Source: an uncultured Rhodospirillales bacterium
GTDB taxonomy: Bacteria; Pseudomonadota; Alphaproteobacteria; RF32; CAG-239
DNA length: 64,000 nt
Direction of reading: 5' to 3'
Assembly (NCBI GenBank): GCA_902778645.1
Contig: CACYYO010000002.1
Span: 1,511 to 65,510, forward strand
The position numbers and the translations under genes were made by a program. Of this stretch, positions 20,601 to 28,466 are shown one piece after another; position 1 is the first letter of the stretch; every line of letters begins with the position of its first letter. The notes under the pieces were generated by a model. That model saw only the letters and a program-made list of their open reading frames with translations. It ran no database searches and had not been told where the DNA came from.

Positions 20601-20848
20601 GTTACGCAACCGTTTATTGCTACTTTAACCGTAATGGTAGTCCGTGTAACTCATGGGATAAAGATGGCAATTGCACAGGGTATGATACGGGTCATCCTTA
20701 TTTCAATAGCTCTCTCGTTGATAAATACTATAACCAGCTGAAAAACTTCAGAGAGCGTCACTCAAAGACCGGCGGTGCGAACGATGGAGACAATCCGTAC
20801 ACAGGCCGTCTGAATAACGATGATGCTGATTTCAAAGGATACTGGTAA
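17603..20848 (+). CDS. Giant protein of about 1080 aa with a type IV prepilin-like (class III) signal, and large G/T/N/D-rich beta-repeat and Cys/aromatic C-terminal domains. Putative pilin-like adhesin.
   Basis: Strong SD (aggagg) and ATG at 17603. N-terminus MRKINSKSELG|SMMIEAIAMLGLIAMVTPVLY has a basic leader ending in Gly, Glu at +5 and a hydrophobic helix of about 20 aa. The ORF track start at 17561 is probably too far upstream. Confidence 0.6.
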   Translation: MRKINSKSELGSMMIEAIAMLGLIAMVTPVLYKKSAERTSELQDINTAGEIRSIIKAVDDYVGANYNKIVGKGDGNEDRTVTTGCTGKTEINGSDVEHNEITYDMGDGDYKEIPLGHLCQFLPYGVLDGENHVRASKLFSNYKIVLKQKGEVTEDDPKARPVITSFVVTDPYNELPILRASSISSMIGGNGGYVTEKPDKSLEISGNMGIWGVDKPQEELGVEVKKHAIVAASIEGISSQTATVEAGEDDSDNFLYRTPQEDKELNTMSTTLFMGSTGEGGELHDIVNIKGLAVGAEDTGNHALYIAGGDIQIGNDAAVNISDSGDITVTGNIKADGTLDIGGTATFGSNDEITLADGDGTFTGALSALTGDFGGAVTINAGEGEVKKTTINQPLEVVFEDQNGTKCISVGDNDCALKVTGGASISGNLHVGHIFNAEDLHARNTLTVGGNAANKGKYLRVAEGEFKFGNLGENETGTPTISATNTTFDVTASGNDGHATLTHGNNSLNVNASGVTMTGGSGSGSDAVSATITASAAGNVSINSDAGKTIKMNTDDFVVTNTTDGGTITSDVNSFKVRPTNTTGTSTNGYFEIKHNGTADGNYNEHMVVDKMDTYFTGTNAAKSNVYLRDSVFKLQNSDNNDVVRIGQTADSNAQIDISGEGVTMADAPNGNKVLRVNLSSSLAAHDTSYPIYIRKGAIEMTAGENEPRPYIQTEKLISTKTVPDLLDDNGGHSGAGIHYAVDPAYTSIMHDIKLTTRGGARLSDILPDFINKGIYVVDNTAPALGVDCSIDGETSHGRWLDNKSDSNPGYFNMSVADKLAVIPCVAADKKVSPWAGYVPIPTCPHGYSAVITVGLANAAMAQGGHLAPKTKWGGSGNTLEDLKEAPDSNSGAYSGSTTSPEDIAPGNPGAPYALYNQKNTWLKSSIHLYPTAAEPQGWDVLLGFVYPYEWYKSFIPQAGRNLDYFDYQGEDDVSIGSETGFNDQLIWNMFPVYTKTIESYATVYCYFNRNGSPCNSWDKDGNCTGYDTGHPYFNSSLVDKYYNQLKNFRERHSKTGGANDGDNPYTGRLNNDDADFKGYW

Positions 20849-20854
20849 AACTTG

Positions 20855-21075
20855 CCGATTCTTCACCGTCATTACCCGGCTTGACACCGGAGTCCACAGT
20901 AAAGCAGCCATATTCCTGTGGACTCCGGCTCGGAGGCCGGAGTGACAGAAAAGAAAAAATTCCTCCCCTTTTCTTCACCGTCATTACCCGGCTTGACCGG
21001 GTAATCCACAGGAAAGCAGCCATATCCCTATGGATACCCGAATCAAGTTCGGGTATGACACCGAAGAAAGAAAGC
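20855..21075. repeat. Family C palindromic repeat elements. The 5' module ttcttcaccgtcattacccggcttgac occurs twice, joined to two different 3' modules.
   Basis: 20858-20960 is a perfect long palindrome (accggagtccacag...ctgtggactccgg; ccggctcggaggccgg). 20972-21060 matches 16578-16645 and partly 28128-28200. Confidence 0.65.
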
Positions 21076-21092
21076 CCTCCCTTCCTGTCCCA

Positions 21093-21488
21093 TCACCCCT
21101 TTTTCAGAAGAGCCTGCAAAATAGGTTGATCAGCCGGCGGAAAATCATATCTTTGCAAATCCTCCAGTGCCACCCAACGTGCCTCCTCATGATCCGGATG
21201 AAACGACAAATCCTCCTTTTCACAATCCGCAAAAAAAGCGTTCAACTCAATAGTTCCGAATTCATAGGTATATGTCGAACGCATAAAATACGCTTTAACT
21301 GTAATCGGGAGATTCAATTCTTCAATCAATTCTCGTTGCAGACATTGTTCCAGTGTTTCCCCTTCCTCCAGCTTGCCGCCCGGAAACTCCCACAAAAATT
21401 CTAAACTTTTGCCCCTTTTCCGTTGAGCAATTAAAATCTTTCCCTGATGCCGAATGATTCCGGCAGCCACTTTTTTAAGCGCCATCAT
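21093..21488 (-). CDS. mutT: NUDIX hydrolase (MutT-like 8-oxo-dGTP diphosphatase)
   Basis: Nudix box GGKLEEGETLEQCLQRELIEELNL. Confidence 0.85.
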   Translation of the reverse strand: MMALKKVAAGIIRHQGKILIAQRKRGKSLEFLWEFPGGKLEEGETLEQCLQRELIEELNLPITVKAYFMRSTYTYEFGTIELNAFFADCEKEDLSFHPDHEEARWVALEDLQRYDFPPADQPILQALLKKG

Positions 21489-21534
21489 ATCTCCTTTATC
21501 ATCAAAAAATATATATACAATTATCGCAAGTCAT

Positions 21535-21563
21535 CTTGCCATTCAAATAAAATTGTGCTGATA
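21535..21563 (+). promoter_or_regulatory. Sigma70-type promoter candidate: TTGCCA, 17-bp spacer, TGATAT
   Basis: -35 at 21535-21540 and -10 at 21558-21563, about 36 nt upstream of the ATG at 21600. A strong SD aaaggag follows. Confidence 0.4.
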
Positions 21564-21599
21564 TAAAAAAGTAATTTTTATTCAAAAAGGAGAAATTAT

Positions 21600-21917
21600 A
21601 TGAAAAAATTGTTATTAGCTGCTGCTTTAGTTGCTTTAGTCCCCAACGCATTCGCCGGAGATTTGGCATCGTCATTGGATAAAATCAACTCTAAAGTTGT
21701 TGCCGCACAAGAAAAGGTCGATTCTGCAAAAGCAAAATTACAAACCGAACAAGAAGAAGCTGTCGCAAAAGTCGATTCTCTGACCGCTGAACAAGAAGCT
21801 GAAGCAGCCGAAGCTAAGTCAGAACAAGAAGCTGAAGCCGCCGAAGTCGCTGAAAAAGTTAATACACTCAAAACAAACGTTGACAATCTCACAAACAGCC
21901 TGACTGTGACAGAATAG
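21600..21917 (+). CDS. Small secreted coiled-coil protein with E/A/Q-rich tandem repeats
   Basis: Signal peptide MKKLLLAAALVALVPNAFA, then repeats AEQEAEAAEAKSEQEAEAAEVAEK. Strong RBS. Confidence 0.6.
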   Translation: MKKLLLAAALVALVPNAFAGDLASSLDKINSKVVAAQEKVDSAKAKLQTEQEEAVAKVDSLTAEQEAEAAEAKSEQEAEAAEVAEKVNTLKTNVDNLTNSLTVTE

Positions 21918-21934
21918 TTGTCTGCTGAAAAAGA

Positions 21935-21970
21935 AAGCGGTAGTGTCATGTGCATTACCGCTTTTTTATT
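21935..21970 (+). terminator. Rho-independent terminator
   Basis: Hairpin agcggtagtg..cattaccgct followed by tttttt. Downstream, 21985-22050 carries family C repeat fragments (gtcattccggcc twice; ggcctccgagccgg). Confidence 0.5.
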
Positions 21971-22051
21971 TGCCGTTGCGGCCTGTCTTTTATTATGGTC
22001 ATTCCGGCCTGTTTTTTTTATTGTCATTCCGGCCTCCGAGCCGGAATCTCC

Positions 22052-22402
22052 TTACCATGCATTTTCAATATGCTCAACCGCACAAGGAAAAGTAACCAAA
22101 ATCGCATCAAAACGAATATCATAGTCTGCAAATTGGGGATTCTTTTTCAAAAAGGCGGCTGCCCCGTTTTTAATACGCTGTTGTTGCGCAGGTTTGATAG
22201 CATAAGCGGCTTTATCTAAGGAAGAGCGCTTTTTAACCTCAACAAACACGAGAGTATGCCTTTTACAAGCAACAAAATCAACTTCTCCGGCATGTGTTCC
22301 TTTTCCGGTAATCAAATTTTTTGCAATAATTCGATATCCTTTGAGCCGCATAAGCCATCGTGCCATCGATTCTGCTAAATGTCCGGCCAGATTATTGTTC
22401 AT
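22052..22402 (-). CDS. yraN: YraN family (UPF0102) endonuclease
   Basis: GEVDFVACKRHTLVFVEVKKRSS motif. It overlaps the rsmI stop. Confidence 0.8.
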   Translation of the reverse strand: MNNNLAGHLAESMARWLMRLKGYRIIAKNLITGKGTHAGEVDFVACKRHTLVFVEVKKRSSLDKAAYAIKPAQQQRIKNGAAAFLKKNPQFADYDIRFDAILVTFPCAVEHIENAW

Positions 22403-23228
22403 TTTTGATCCTCAAAGCGAGTTCATAAACCTCGTTTTTGTTCAAACCAAAGCCGGCAACAATCTCCTTAACGGCAGACTTGAGCGGCATCTTTTTCATC
22501 TTTTCTTTCAGGAGCGATTCGACATTAATTTCAGGTTCAAGCTCATTCTCAGAGGGCGGAGCAATCATAATCACAATTTCCCCTTTAGGGGCTTTATCGG
22601 TGTAATGAGCGATTAGCTCTTCCGCTGTCCCGCGCAAACATTCTTCATACATTTTCGTCAGTTCCCGAGCAACGGCAACTTCCCGATTCTCAAACAACTC
22701 ATTGATAACGCTTAATGTTTTGAGCAAACGTGGCGCCGTTTCATAGATAACCAAAGTGCTCGGAATATTTCTTAAATCGCTCAAAAAATCGATTCTGGCC
22801 TTTTCTTTGTTCGGAACAAAACCGGCAAACATAAAACGATTCGTTGGTAATCCCGAAAGTTGCAAAGCGGCAATAACCGCGCAACACCCCGGAACTGTTG
22901 TAACATAAATCCCCTTTTCGCGGCAACGGCGCACAATTTTATAACCGGGGTCAGAAATAAGCGGCGAGCCGGCATCACTGATTAAAGCAATGCTTTTTCC
23001 TGATTCTAAAATATCAAGAAGTTTAGGGGATTGCTCTTCCTCATTATAATTCTGATAAGTGATAAACTCTCGTGTACAGCTGATTCCTAACAAAGAAAAC
23101 AATTTTTTAGTGACCCGCGAGTCCTCACAGGCAATAACATCGGCTTCTTTAAGCACTTGAACGGCACGCGCCGAGATATCATTTAAGTTACCGATAGGAG
23201 AAGCAACAAGATATAATCCGTTTTTCAT
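22392..23228 (-). CDS. rsmI: 16S rRNA (cytidine1402-2'-O)-methyltransferase RsmI
   Basis: Tetrapyrrole-methylase fold N-terminus MKNGLYLVASPIGNLNDISARAVQVLKEADVIACEDSR. Confidence 0.9.
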   Translation of the reverse strand: MKNGLYLVASPIGNLNDISARAVQVLKEADVIACEDSRVTKKLFSLLGISCTREFITYQNYNEEEQSPKLLDILESGKSIALISDAGSPLISDPGYKIVRRCREKGIYVTTVPGCCAVIAALQLSGLPTNRFMFAGFVPNKEKARIDFLSDLRNIPSTLVIYETAPRLLKTLSVINELFENREVAVARELTKMYEECLRGTAEELIAHYTDKAPKGEIVIMIAPPSENELEPEINVESLLKEKMKKMPLKSAVKEIVAGFGLNKNEVYELALRIKNEQ

Positions 23229-23269
23229 TATCTGACTTTACTTTAAAATTTTTTTAAGTTACGTTCTAA

Positions 23270-24688
23270 ATGTATGATTTTCTATTTTGGGGTAAAAAGC
23301 AAGTGTTAAAAAAAATATCGTCTGTTTTTATTGTTTTAGGTCTGTGCGCCTGTGCCTCACGCGGTATCAGAACGACAGGGGGGCAAAATGAACTCTATAC
23401 GGAGACAAACGAGATAAACGTTGTTCGTCATGATGATTTTAGGGTAGGTGTCTTGTTGCCTTTGAGCGGCGAGTTTTCCAAGCAAGGGAACGGGCTCAAA
23501 AATGCGACCATGATGGCAATGGATGACATCAATGACAGTGGTCTTGTTTTGCAATATTATGATACTAAAGGAACGCCGGAAGGTGCCTCAATTGCTATTG
23601 AAAATGCACTTAACCAAGGTGCACAAATGATAATCGGCCCAATGTTGAGTTCGTCTGTCCAAGCGATTACCCCGGCAGCCAAGAGTAGCGGTGTTCCTGT
23701 CATTGCGTTTAATTCTGCCTCAGAGGTCTTGCAAGATGGCATTTATACAATGGGTCTGCTTTTAGATGAGCAGGTTGACAGAGTGATGACCTATAGTGTG
23801 CAACAAGGCAGAACACGCTTCGGTATATTGGTACCGGATAATAATACCGGTATAGCCGTTGCCCGTGCAGCGGTTAAATCTGCAGCCAAAAATGGTGCGG
23901 CGGTCACGACAATTGCCTTTTATAAACCGGGGACAACCGATTTTACGGACGTGCTGAAGTCCATGACTAACTATTCGAGCCGCTCGTCAAGACTGAATCA
24001 GATGAAAGCACAGTATAAGTCTCAGGCTGCCGCCGGAAATGCCGAGGCAACAAGAATGATGAATAAACTGAACAAGCTGGATAGCTACGGCGATGTTGGA
24101 TTCGATGCTGTGCTGATTCCGGATTATGGCGCAACCCTAAAATCAGCAGTTGCCATGTTTGGTTATTATGATGTTTTCTCTCCGGAGATTAAGTTTATAG
24201 GAACCTCTATTTGGGAGAATACCAGTCTCAATAAAGAATCAACCATGCGCGGTAGCTGGTATCCGTCGTTATCTCGGCAGAACAATACCTATTTTATAAA
24301 CAAATATACGGAGCTGTTTGGCGAGCGCCCCTCAAGCTTGTATTCTCTGGGGTATGATGCAGTAGCTCTTGCATCAGCAATCTCACGCAGCGGTACAGAT
24401 AATTTGGATTATAAAATCACCAATCCCGAAGGATATTTGGGCGTTAACGGCGTTTTCCGCTTCTTTAATAACGGCTACAATCAACATAGTCTGGACATCA
24501 GAGAAGTCCGTGATAGCGGAACCTATATTGTTGACGCCGGACCTCGTAAATTTACAACCGATACCGGTTTAGTCGGTGGAGATATTATTCCATCCCAACG
24601 ACCGGCAATTTACGGGAAAAATCCGGCAACGGCAGAAGCTTTGATTTTCGGGCAGCCTCTGTCTCAAGAAGTTGTGACTGTCTATTAG
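23270..24688 (+). CDS. Periplasmic binding-fold lipoprotein, LpoA/LppC-like (penicillin-binding protein activator family)
   Basis: Lipoprotein-like signal (VLGLCACAS). Type-I periplasmic binding fold motifs (GVLLPLSGEFSKQGNGLKNATMMAMDDIN). It is transcribed divergently from rsmI with yraN adjacent, matching the E. coli rsmI / lpoA-yraN neighbourhood. Confidence 0.65.
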   Translation: MYDFLFWGKKQVLKKISSVFIVLGLCACASRGIRTTGGQNELYTETNEINVVRHDDFRVGVLLPLSGEFSKQGNGLKNATMMAMDDINDSGLVLQYYDTKGTPEGASIAIENALNQGAQMIIGPMLSSSVQAITPAAKSSGVPVIAFNSASEVLQDGIYTMGLLLDEQVDRVMTYSVQQGRTRFGILVPDNNTGIAVARAAVKSAAKNGAAVTTIAFYKPGTTDFTDVLKSMTNYSSRSSRLNQMKAQYKSQAAAGNAEATRMMNKLNKLDSYGDVGFDAVLIPDYGATLKSAVAMFGYYDVFSPEIKFIGTSIWENTSLNKESTMRGSWYPSLSRQNNTYFINKYTELFGERPSSLYSLGYDAVALASAISRSGTDNLDYKITNPEGYLGVNGVFRFFNNGYNQHSLDIREVRDSGTYIVDAGPRKFTTDTGLVGGDIIPSQRPAIYGKNPATAEALIFGQPLSQEVVTVY

Positions 24689-24744
24689 CACGATTTTTTC
24701 CTTGCAAAAACGCAGAGATAAAGGTATAAAAAAGCAAGTTTATC

Positions 24745-24838
24745 ATGGAGAACGGCGGGTTAAGAATTCGCCAATCCGGTCAGGTTCGGAAGGAAGCAGC
24801 CGTAACGAATGACCTTAAGGTCGCTTGTTCTCCGCCTT
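24745..24838 (+). ncRNA. ffs: Signal recognition particle RNA (small bacterial SRP / 4.5S RNA)
   Basis: ccggtcaggttcggaaggaagcagccgtaacgaatgac matches the conserved SRP domain IV (GGUCAGGUCCGGAAGGAAGCAGCC). Terminal helix ggagaac (24747-53) pairs with gttctcc (24827-33). It lies immediately upstream of dnaX, a very common location. Confidence 0.7.
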
Positions 24839-24852
24839 AGTTTTGAAGAGAA

Positions 24853-26541
24853 ATGGCAGAAGAAAAAACAGATAATCAATATGTTGTTTTGGCGCGTAAG
24901 TATCGTCCCCAAAATTTTGAGGATTTGCTCGGGCAAGATGCGCTTGTGCAAACATTAACTAATGCCATCAAAAACAATCGCCTTCATCACGCATATATTT
25001 TGACCGGCATCCGCGGTGTCGGTAAGACGACAACCGCACGACTGATTGCCAAAGCTTTGAACTGTACGGGTTTGGATGGTAAAGGCGGACCGACAATTCA
25101 CCCTTGCGGTGTTTGTGAGAACTGTAAAGCCATTGCCGCTGGTCGCCATATTGATGTTTTGGAGCTTGATGCTGCCTCTCGCACGGGTGTCGACGACATG
25201 CGCGAGATTTTAGATGGTGTCCGCTATAAACCGACCAACGCTCGTTATAAAATCTACATCATCGACGAAGTTCATATGCTCTCTAAAAGTGCGTTTAATG
25301 CTCTTTTGAAGACACTTGAGGAACCGCCTTCACATGTCAAATTTATTTTTGCGACGACGGAAATTCGCAAAGTGCCGGTGACGGTTCTGTCCCGTTGTCA
25401 ACGATTTGATTTGCAAAGGTTGGGGATTGAAGATCTGCTCAAGCTGTTTCATAAGATTGCCGAGGCTGAAAACCTCAAAGCTGACGAGGAAGCTCTTCAT
25501 ATGATTGCCAAAGCCGCTGACGGCTCGGCCCGTGATGGTCTCTCCCTTTTGGATCAGGCTATTTCTTTGGGTGCCGGAACGGTTAAAGCGGATATTGTTA
25601 AAAATATGATTGGTCTGGCAGATGTCACGCAAACTTTTGACCTTTTCGAAAATTTGATTAACGGAGATACAAAGCAGGTCATTATAACCCTGCAGGAGCA
25701 GTATAGAAACGGGGCAGATCCGTTGTCTCTTCTCAAAGATTTAATTTCTTTGACGCACCTGATTGCCAAAGTTAAATTAGTTCCGAGTTTTATAAACGAC
25801 AGTTCCGTCAGCGAGGCGGAGAAAGAGTTTTGCGCTAAAGTTAAAGATAAAATCAGCATTGCGATTCTTTCTAAAATATGGCAAATGATGATGAAAGGAA
25901 TCAGCGAATTACAGTTAGCTCCGATTCAAATTGATGCATTGGAGATGATTTTGATTCGCGTCGCTTATTCGGCATCGTTGCCAACCCCTTATGAGGTTTT
26001 GGAAGACGTAAAAAAAAACTCTAATTTAAATATTACCCCTAATCTGAGTCGCCGGTCGCAAGATCAAACACCGACACAACCGGCACCTGCAGAAAAAAAA
26101 ACATCATCTCAAACGCTTAATACCATAGAAGAAATGGTTTCTTTTTTGGAGCAAAAGAAGTACCCACTGCTTGTGTATTCACTAAAACACGATGTTTGCA
26201 TCACAGAATTTCAGCAAGGTTTGATAAAAATGACGATTGCGCCGGCACTGCACCCTGAGTTTATTCAAAACCTTGTCAAGACTTTGCGAGAAACAACCTC
26301 TCAAACATGGGAAGTTGAGATTGTCAAAGGTCCATTAGGTGAAACAATAGCGGATAAAGAAGCCGCCGCCCTTGCCGAACAGCAACGAGATGTTTTAGAA
26401 TACCCCTTAGTTCGGGCAATTATGGCCGAATTCAAGGGTGCAAAAATAGAAAGTTTGATTCGCCGTGTTCAACAATCAGAGGACGACGAGGCAGAAGATC
26501 AACCCACCACCGACATGATAGAAGAAGAGGAAACAGAATAA
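24853..26541 (+). CDS. dnaX: DNA polymerase III subunit gamma/tau
   Basis: Walker A GIRGVGKTTTARLIAKALNC, Zn module CGVCENC, and SRC and sensor motifs. Confidence 0.95.
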   Translation: MAEEKTDNQYVVLARKYRPQNFEDLLGQDALVQTLTNAIKNNRLHHAYILTGIRGVGKTTTARLIAKALNCTGLDGKGGPTIHPCGVCENCKAIAAGRHIDVLELDAASRTGVDDMREILDGVRYKPTNARYKIYIIDEVHMLSKSAFNALLKTLEEPPSHVKFIFATTEIRKVPVTVLSRCQRFDLQRLGIEDLLKLFHKIAEAENLKADEEALHMIAKAADGSARDGLSLLDQAISLGAGTVKADIVKNMIGLADVTQTFDLFENLINGDTKQVIITLQEQYRNGADPLSLLKDLISLTHLIAKVKLVPSFINDSSVSEAEKEFCAKVKDKISIAILSKIWQMMMKGISELQLAPIQIDALEMILIRVAYSASLPTPYEVLEDVKKNSNLNITPNLSRRSQDQTPTQPAPAEKKTSSQTLNTIEEMVSFLEQKKYPLLVYSLKHDVCITEFQQGLIKMTIAPALHPEFIQNLVKTLRETTSQTWEVEIVKGPLGETIADKEAAALAEQQRDVLEYPLVRAIMAEFKGAKIESLIRRVQQSEDDEAEDQPTTDMIEEEETE

Positions 26542-26861
26542 TGATGAACATACAAGGCTTAATGAAACAAGCACAAATGATGCAAAAGCATATGGAAGAA
26601 ACCCAGGGTAAACTGGCTCAGCAGGAAGTCGAAGGCACAAGCGGTGCCGGAATGGTTAAAGTGACCATGAATGGTAAGTTTGAAACCAAAAAAATCAACA
26701 TCGATAAGTCTCTGATTAATGCGGAAGAAAGCGAGATTTTGGAAGATTTATTGGTTGCTGCGCTAAACGATGCACGCGCAAAAGCTGATAAAGCGATGGA
26801 AGACGGTATGAAAGAAGTAACCGGCGGCTTAAACCTCGGCGGACTCAAATTACCGTTTTAA
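26541..26861 (+). CDS. ybaB: Nucleoid-associated protein YbaB/EbfC
   Basis: 106 aa, MMNIQGLMKQAQMMQKHMEETQ... Its start overlaps the dnaX stop (ATAATGATG). Confidence 0.9.
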   Translation: MMNIQGLMKQAQMMQKHMEETQGKLAQQEVEGTSGAGMVKVTMNGKFETKKINIDKSLINAEESEILEDLLVAALNDARAKADKAMEDGMKEVTGGLNLGGLKLPF

Positions 26862-27140
26862 GGAAACAGCCTCTCTGTCATCCTGAGCGAACACCTCATT
26901 TACCGTCATCCTGAGGAGTTCCTCTCTTTTATGTCATCCTGAGGAGTTCCGAAGGAACGACGTCAGGATCTCCGAACGCCAGTTCGGTAAAAAAGGAATC
27001 ATTATTATGGTAGGACTTCGTCCTAAGATCTTGACGTCACTACGTTCCTCAAGATGACAGGACATAATGAAGTCCCCTGAGCGAGAGAACCGAGCGTCAG
27101 GATCTCCTTTACAGCAGTTCGGTAAACCCTTATAAAAGGA
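26862..27140. repeat. Array of family B palindromic elements (gtcatcctgag(c/g)...ttccgaaggaacgacgtcaggatctcc...gttcggtaaa)
   Basis: Several nested or tandem copies, with hairpins gttcc-gaa-ggaac and gacgtc. A near-identical copy lies at 33677-33760. The distal end supplies the SD (aaaaggaaac) for the GIY-YIG gene. Confidence 0.6.
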
Positions 27141-27147
27141 AACATTA

Positions 27148-27435
27148 ATGAAATTAATGTATACATACATAATAACCAATAAAAAGTATGGAACCTTATA
27201 TATAGGGGTAACAAATAACTTAAGGCGTCGAATATATGAACATAAACAAAAAATCGTAAAAGGGTTTAGTTCTCGCTACAATTTGAATAGGTTAGTATAT
27301 TATGAAATTTTCGAAGATGAAATCAATGCGATAGAAAGAGAAAAGCAATTAAAACTATTTAAAAGACAAAAGAAAATAGAACTAATAAACGACTTTAATA
27401 CTAACTGGGATGATTTGTATAATAATATCATTTAG
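27148..27435 (+). CDS. GIY-YIG nuclease family protein (UPF0213-like, small standalone)
   Basis: MKLMYTYIITNKKYGTLYIGVTNNLRRRIYEHKQK has the GIY-YIG core with conserved Arg and Glu. Confidence 0.8.
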   Translation: MKLMYTYIITNKKYGTLYIGVTNNLRRRIYEHKQKIVKGFSSRYNLNRLVYYEIFEDEINAIEREKQLKLFKRQKKIELINDFNTNWDDLYNNII

Positions 27436-27450
27436 AAAAAGGAAACAGCA

Positions 27451-28044
27451 TTGTCCGGACAAGAAATTGAAAAACTCGTTAAACTGATAGCCAAACTTCC
27501 CTCCCTGGGAACACGGTCGGCACGCCGTATTACGCTGCAATTGCTCAAAAAGAGGGAAAGTCTGTTGTTGCCGCTTATCCAAAGTTTAACCGATGTTGCG
27601 GAAAACATCAAAACCTGCGAGATTTGCGGCAATTATGATACAACAAGCCCCTGTTCCATATGTGCCTCAGCAGAAAGGGATCAAAGCACAATTTGCGTTG
27701 TTCAAGATGTGTCAGACTTATGGGCGATGGAAAGAGTCTCTTTCTTCAAGGGAAAATACCACGTTTTAGGGGGCGTTTTATCGGCGCTGGACGGCATAAC
27801 CGCTGAGGACCTAAATATTGACAGCTTAGAGCAAAGAATAAGCCATGGAGGCATTACAGAGCTTATTTTGGCTCTGCCGGCAACTGTTGACGGACAAATT
27901 ACCACACACTATTTGCTCTCTCGATTCAAAAAATACAATCTCAAAATGACGACGCTGGCACAAGGGATTCCGATGGGCGGAGAGCTTGAATATATGGACG
28001 AAGGGACGATTCAACTGGCTCTCAACTCAAGGAAAGAGTTATAA
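27451..28044 (+). CDS. recR: recombination protein RecR
   Basis: HhH motif (LPSLGTRSARRITLQLL), C4 zinc finger (CEICGNYDTTSPCSIC) and Toprim. The start is probably TTG. Confidence 0.9.
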   Translation: MSGQEIEKLVKLIAKLPSLGTRSARRITLQLLKKRESLLLPLIQSLTDVAENIKTCEICGNYDTTSPCSICASAERDQSTICVVQDVSDLWAMERVSFFKGKYHVLGGVLSALDGITAEDLNIDSLEQRISHGGITELILALPATVDGQITTHYLLSRFKKYNLKMTTLAQGIPMGGELEYMDEGTIQLALNSRKEL

Positions 28045-28124
28045 AGGGAAGGCTGATGCCTGACTATTCCTTCCCTGTTCGAAGCGACAGAGAGATTGCA
28101 AATCTGGTGAGTTTGTTCTTTTTC

Positions 28125-28200
28125 GTCATCCCTTTCTCTTTATCGTCATTACCCGGCTTGACCGGATAATCCACAGCAAAGCAGCCATAAACCGGATGTA
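28125..28200. repeat. Family C palindromic element copy
   Basis: cgtcattacccggcttgaccggataatccacagcaaagcagccata matches 20972-21020 and 16578-16610. Confidence 0.5.
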
Positions 28201-28466
28201 AATGGTATACAAAAGGCTCTGTTCCTTGGGATACAACGAAATTGAAAGAAACAGATTGTTATACAGAATTTGTTGGAGCTCCTTGTAATTAATCACCACG
28301 ATATTATTAGCTAAAGAAGCTTAGTAAAATAATTTTTATAGGCAGAGACAATACTCACATTTACGTCCTTTCCCGTTTCGTATATTGCTATGTATACTAT
28401 TTCGAGTTATTTAGGATGTAGGGATAAATGCATCTATGTGCCAAATAGAAGATACGAAACAGTAGT

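Noticed and set aside
24760-24951. 63-aa minus-strand ORF overlapping the SRP RNA and the dnaX start
   Set aside because: It overlaps the highly conserved ffs sequence on the opposite strand. It is an artefact of the structured RNA region.
26862-27140. Checked whether the dense short repeats could be a CRISPR array
   Set aside because: The units are nested palindromes of variable spacing and not regularly spaced, and there are no unique spacers or cas genes. The same goes for 16440-16850 and 20855-21075.
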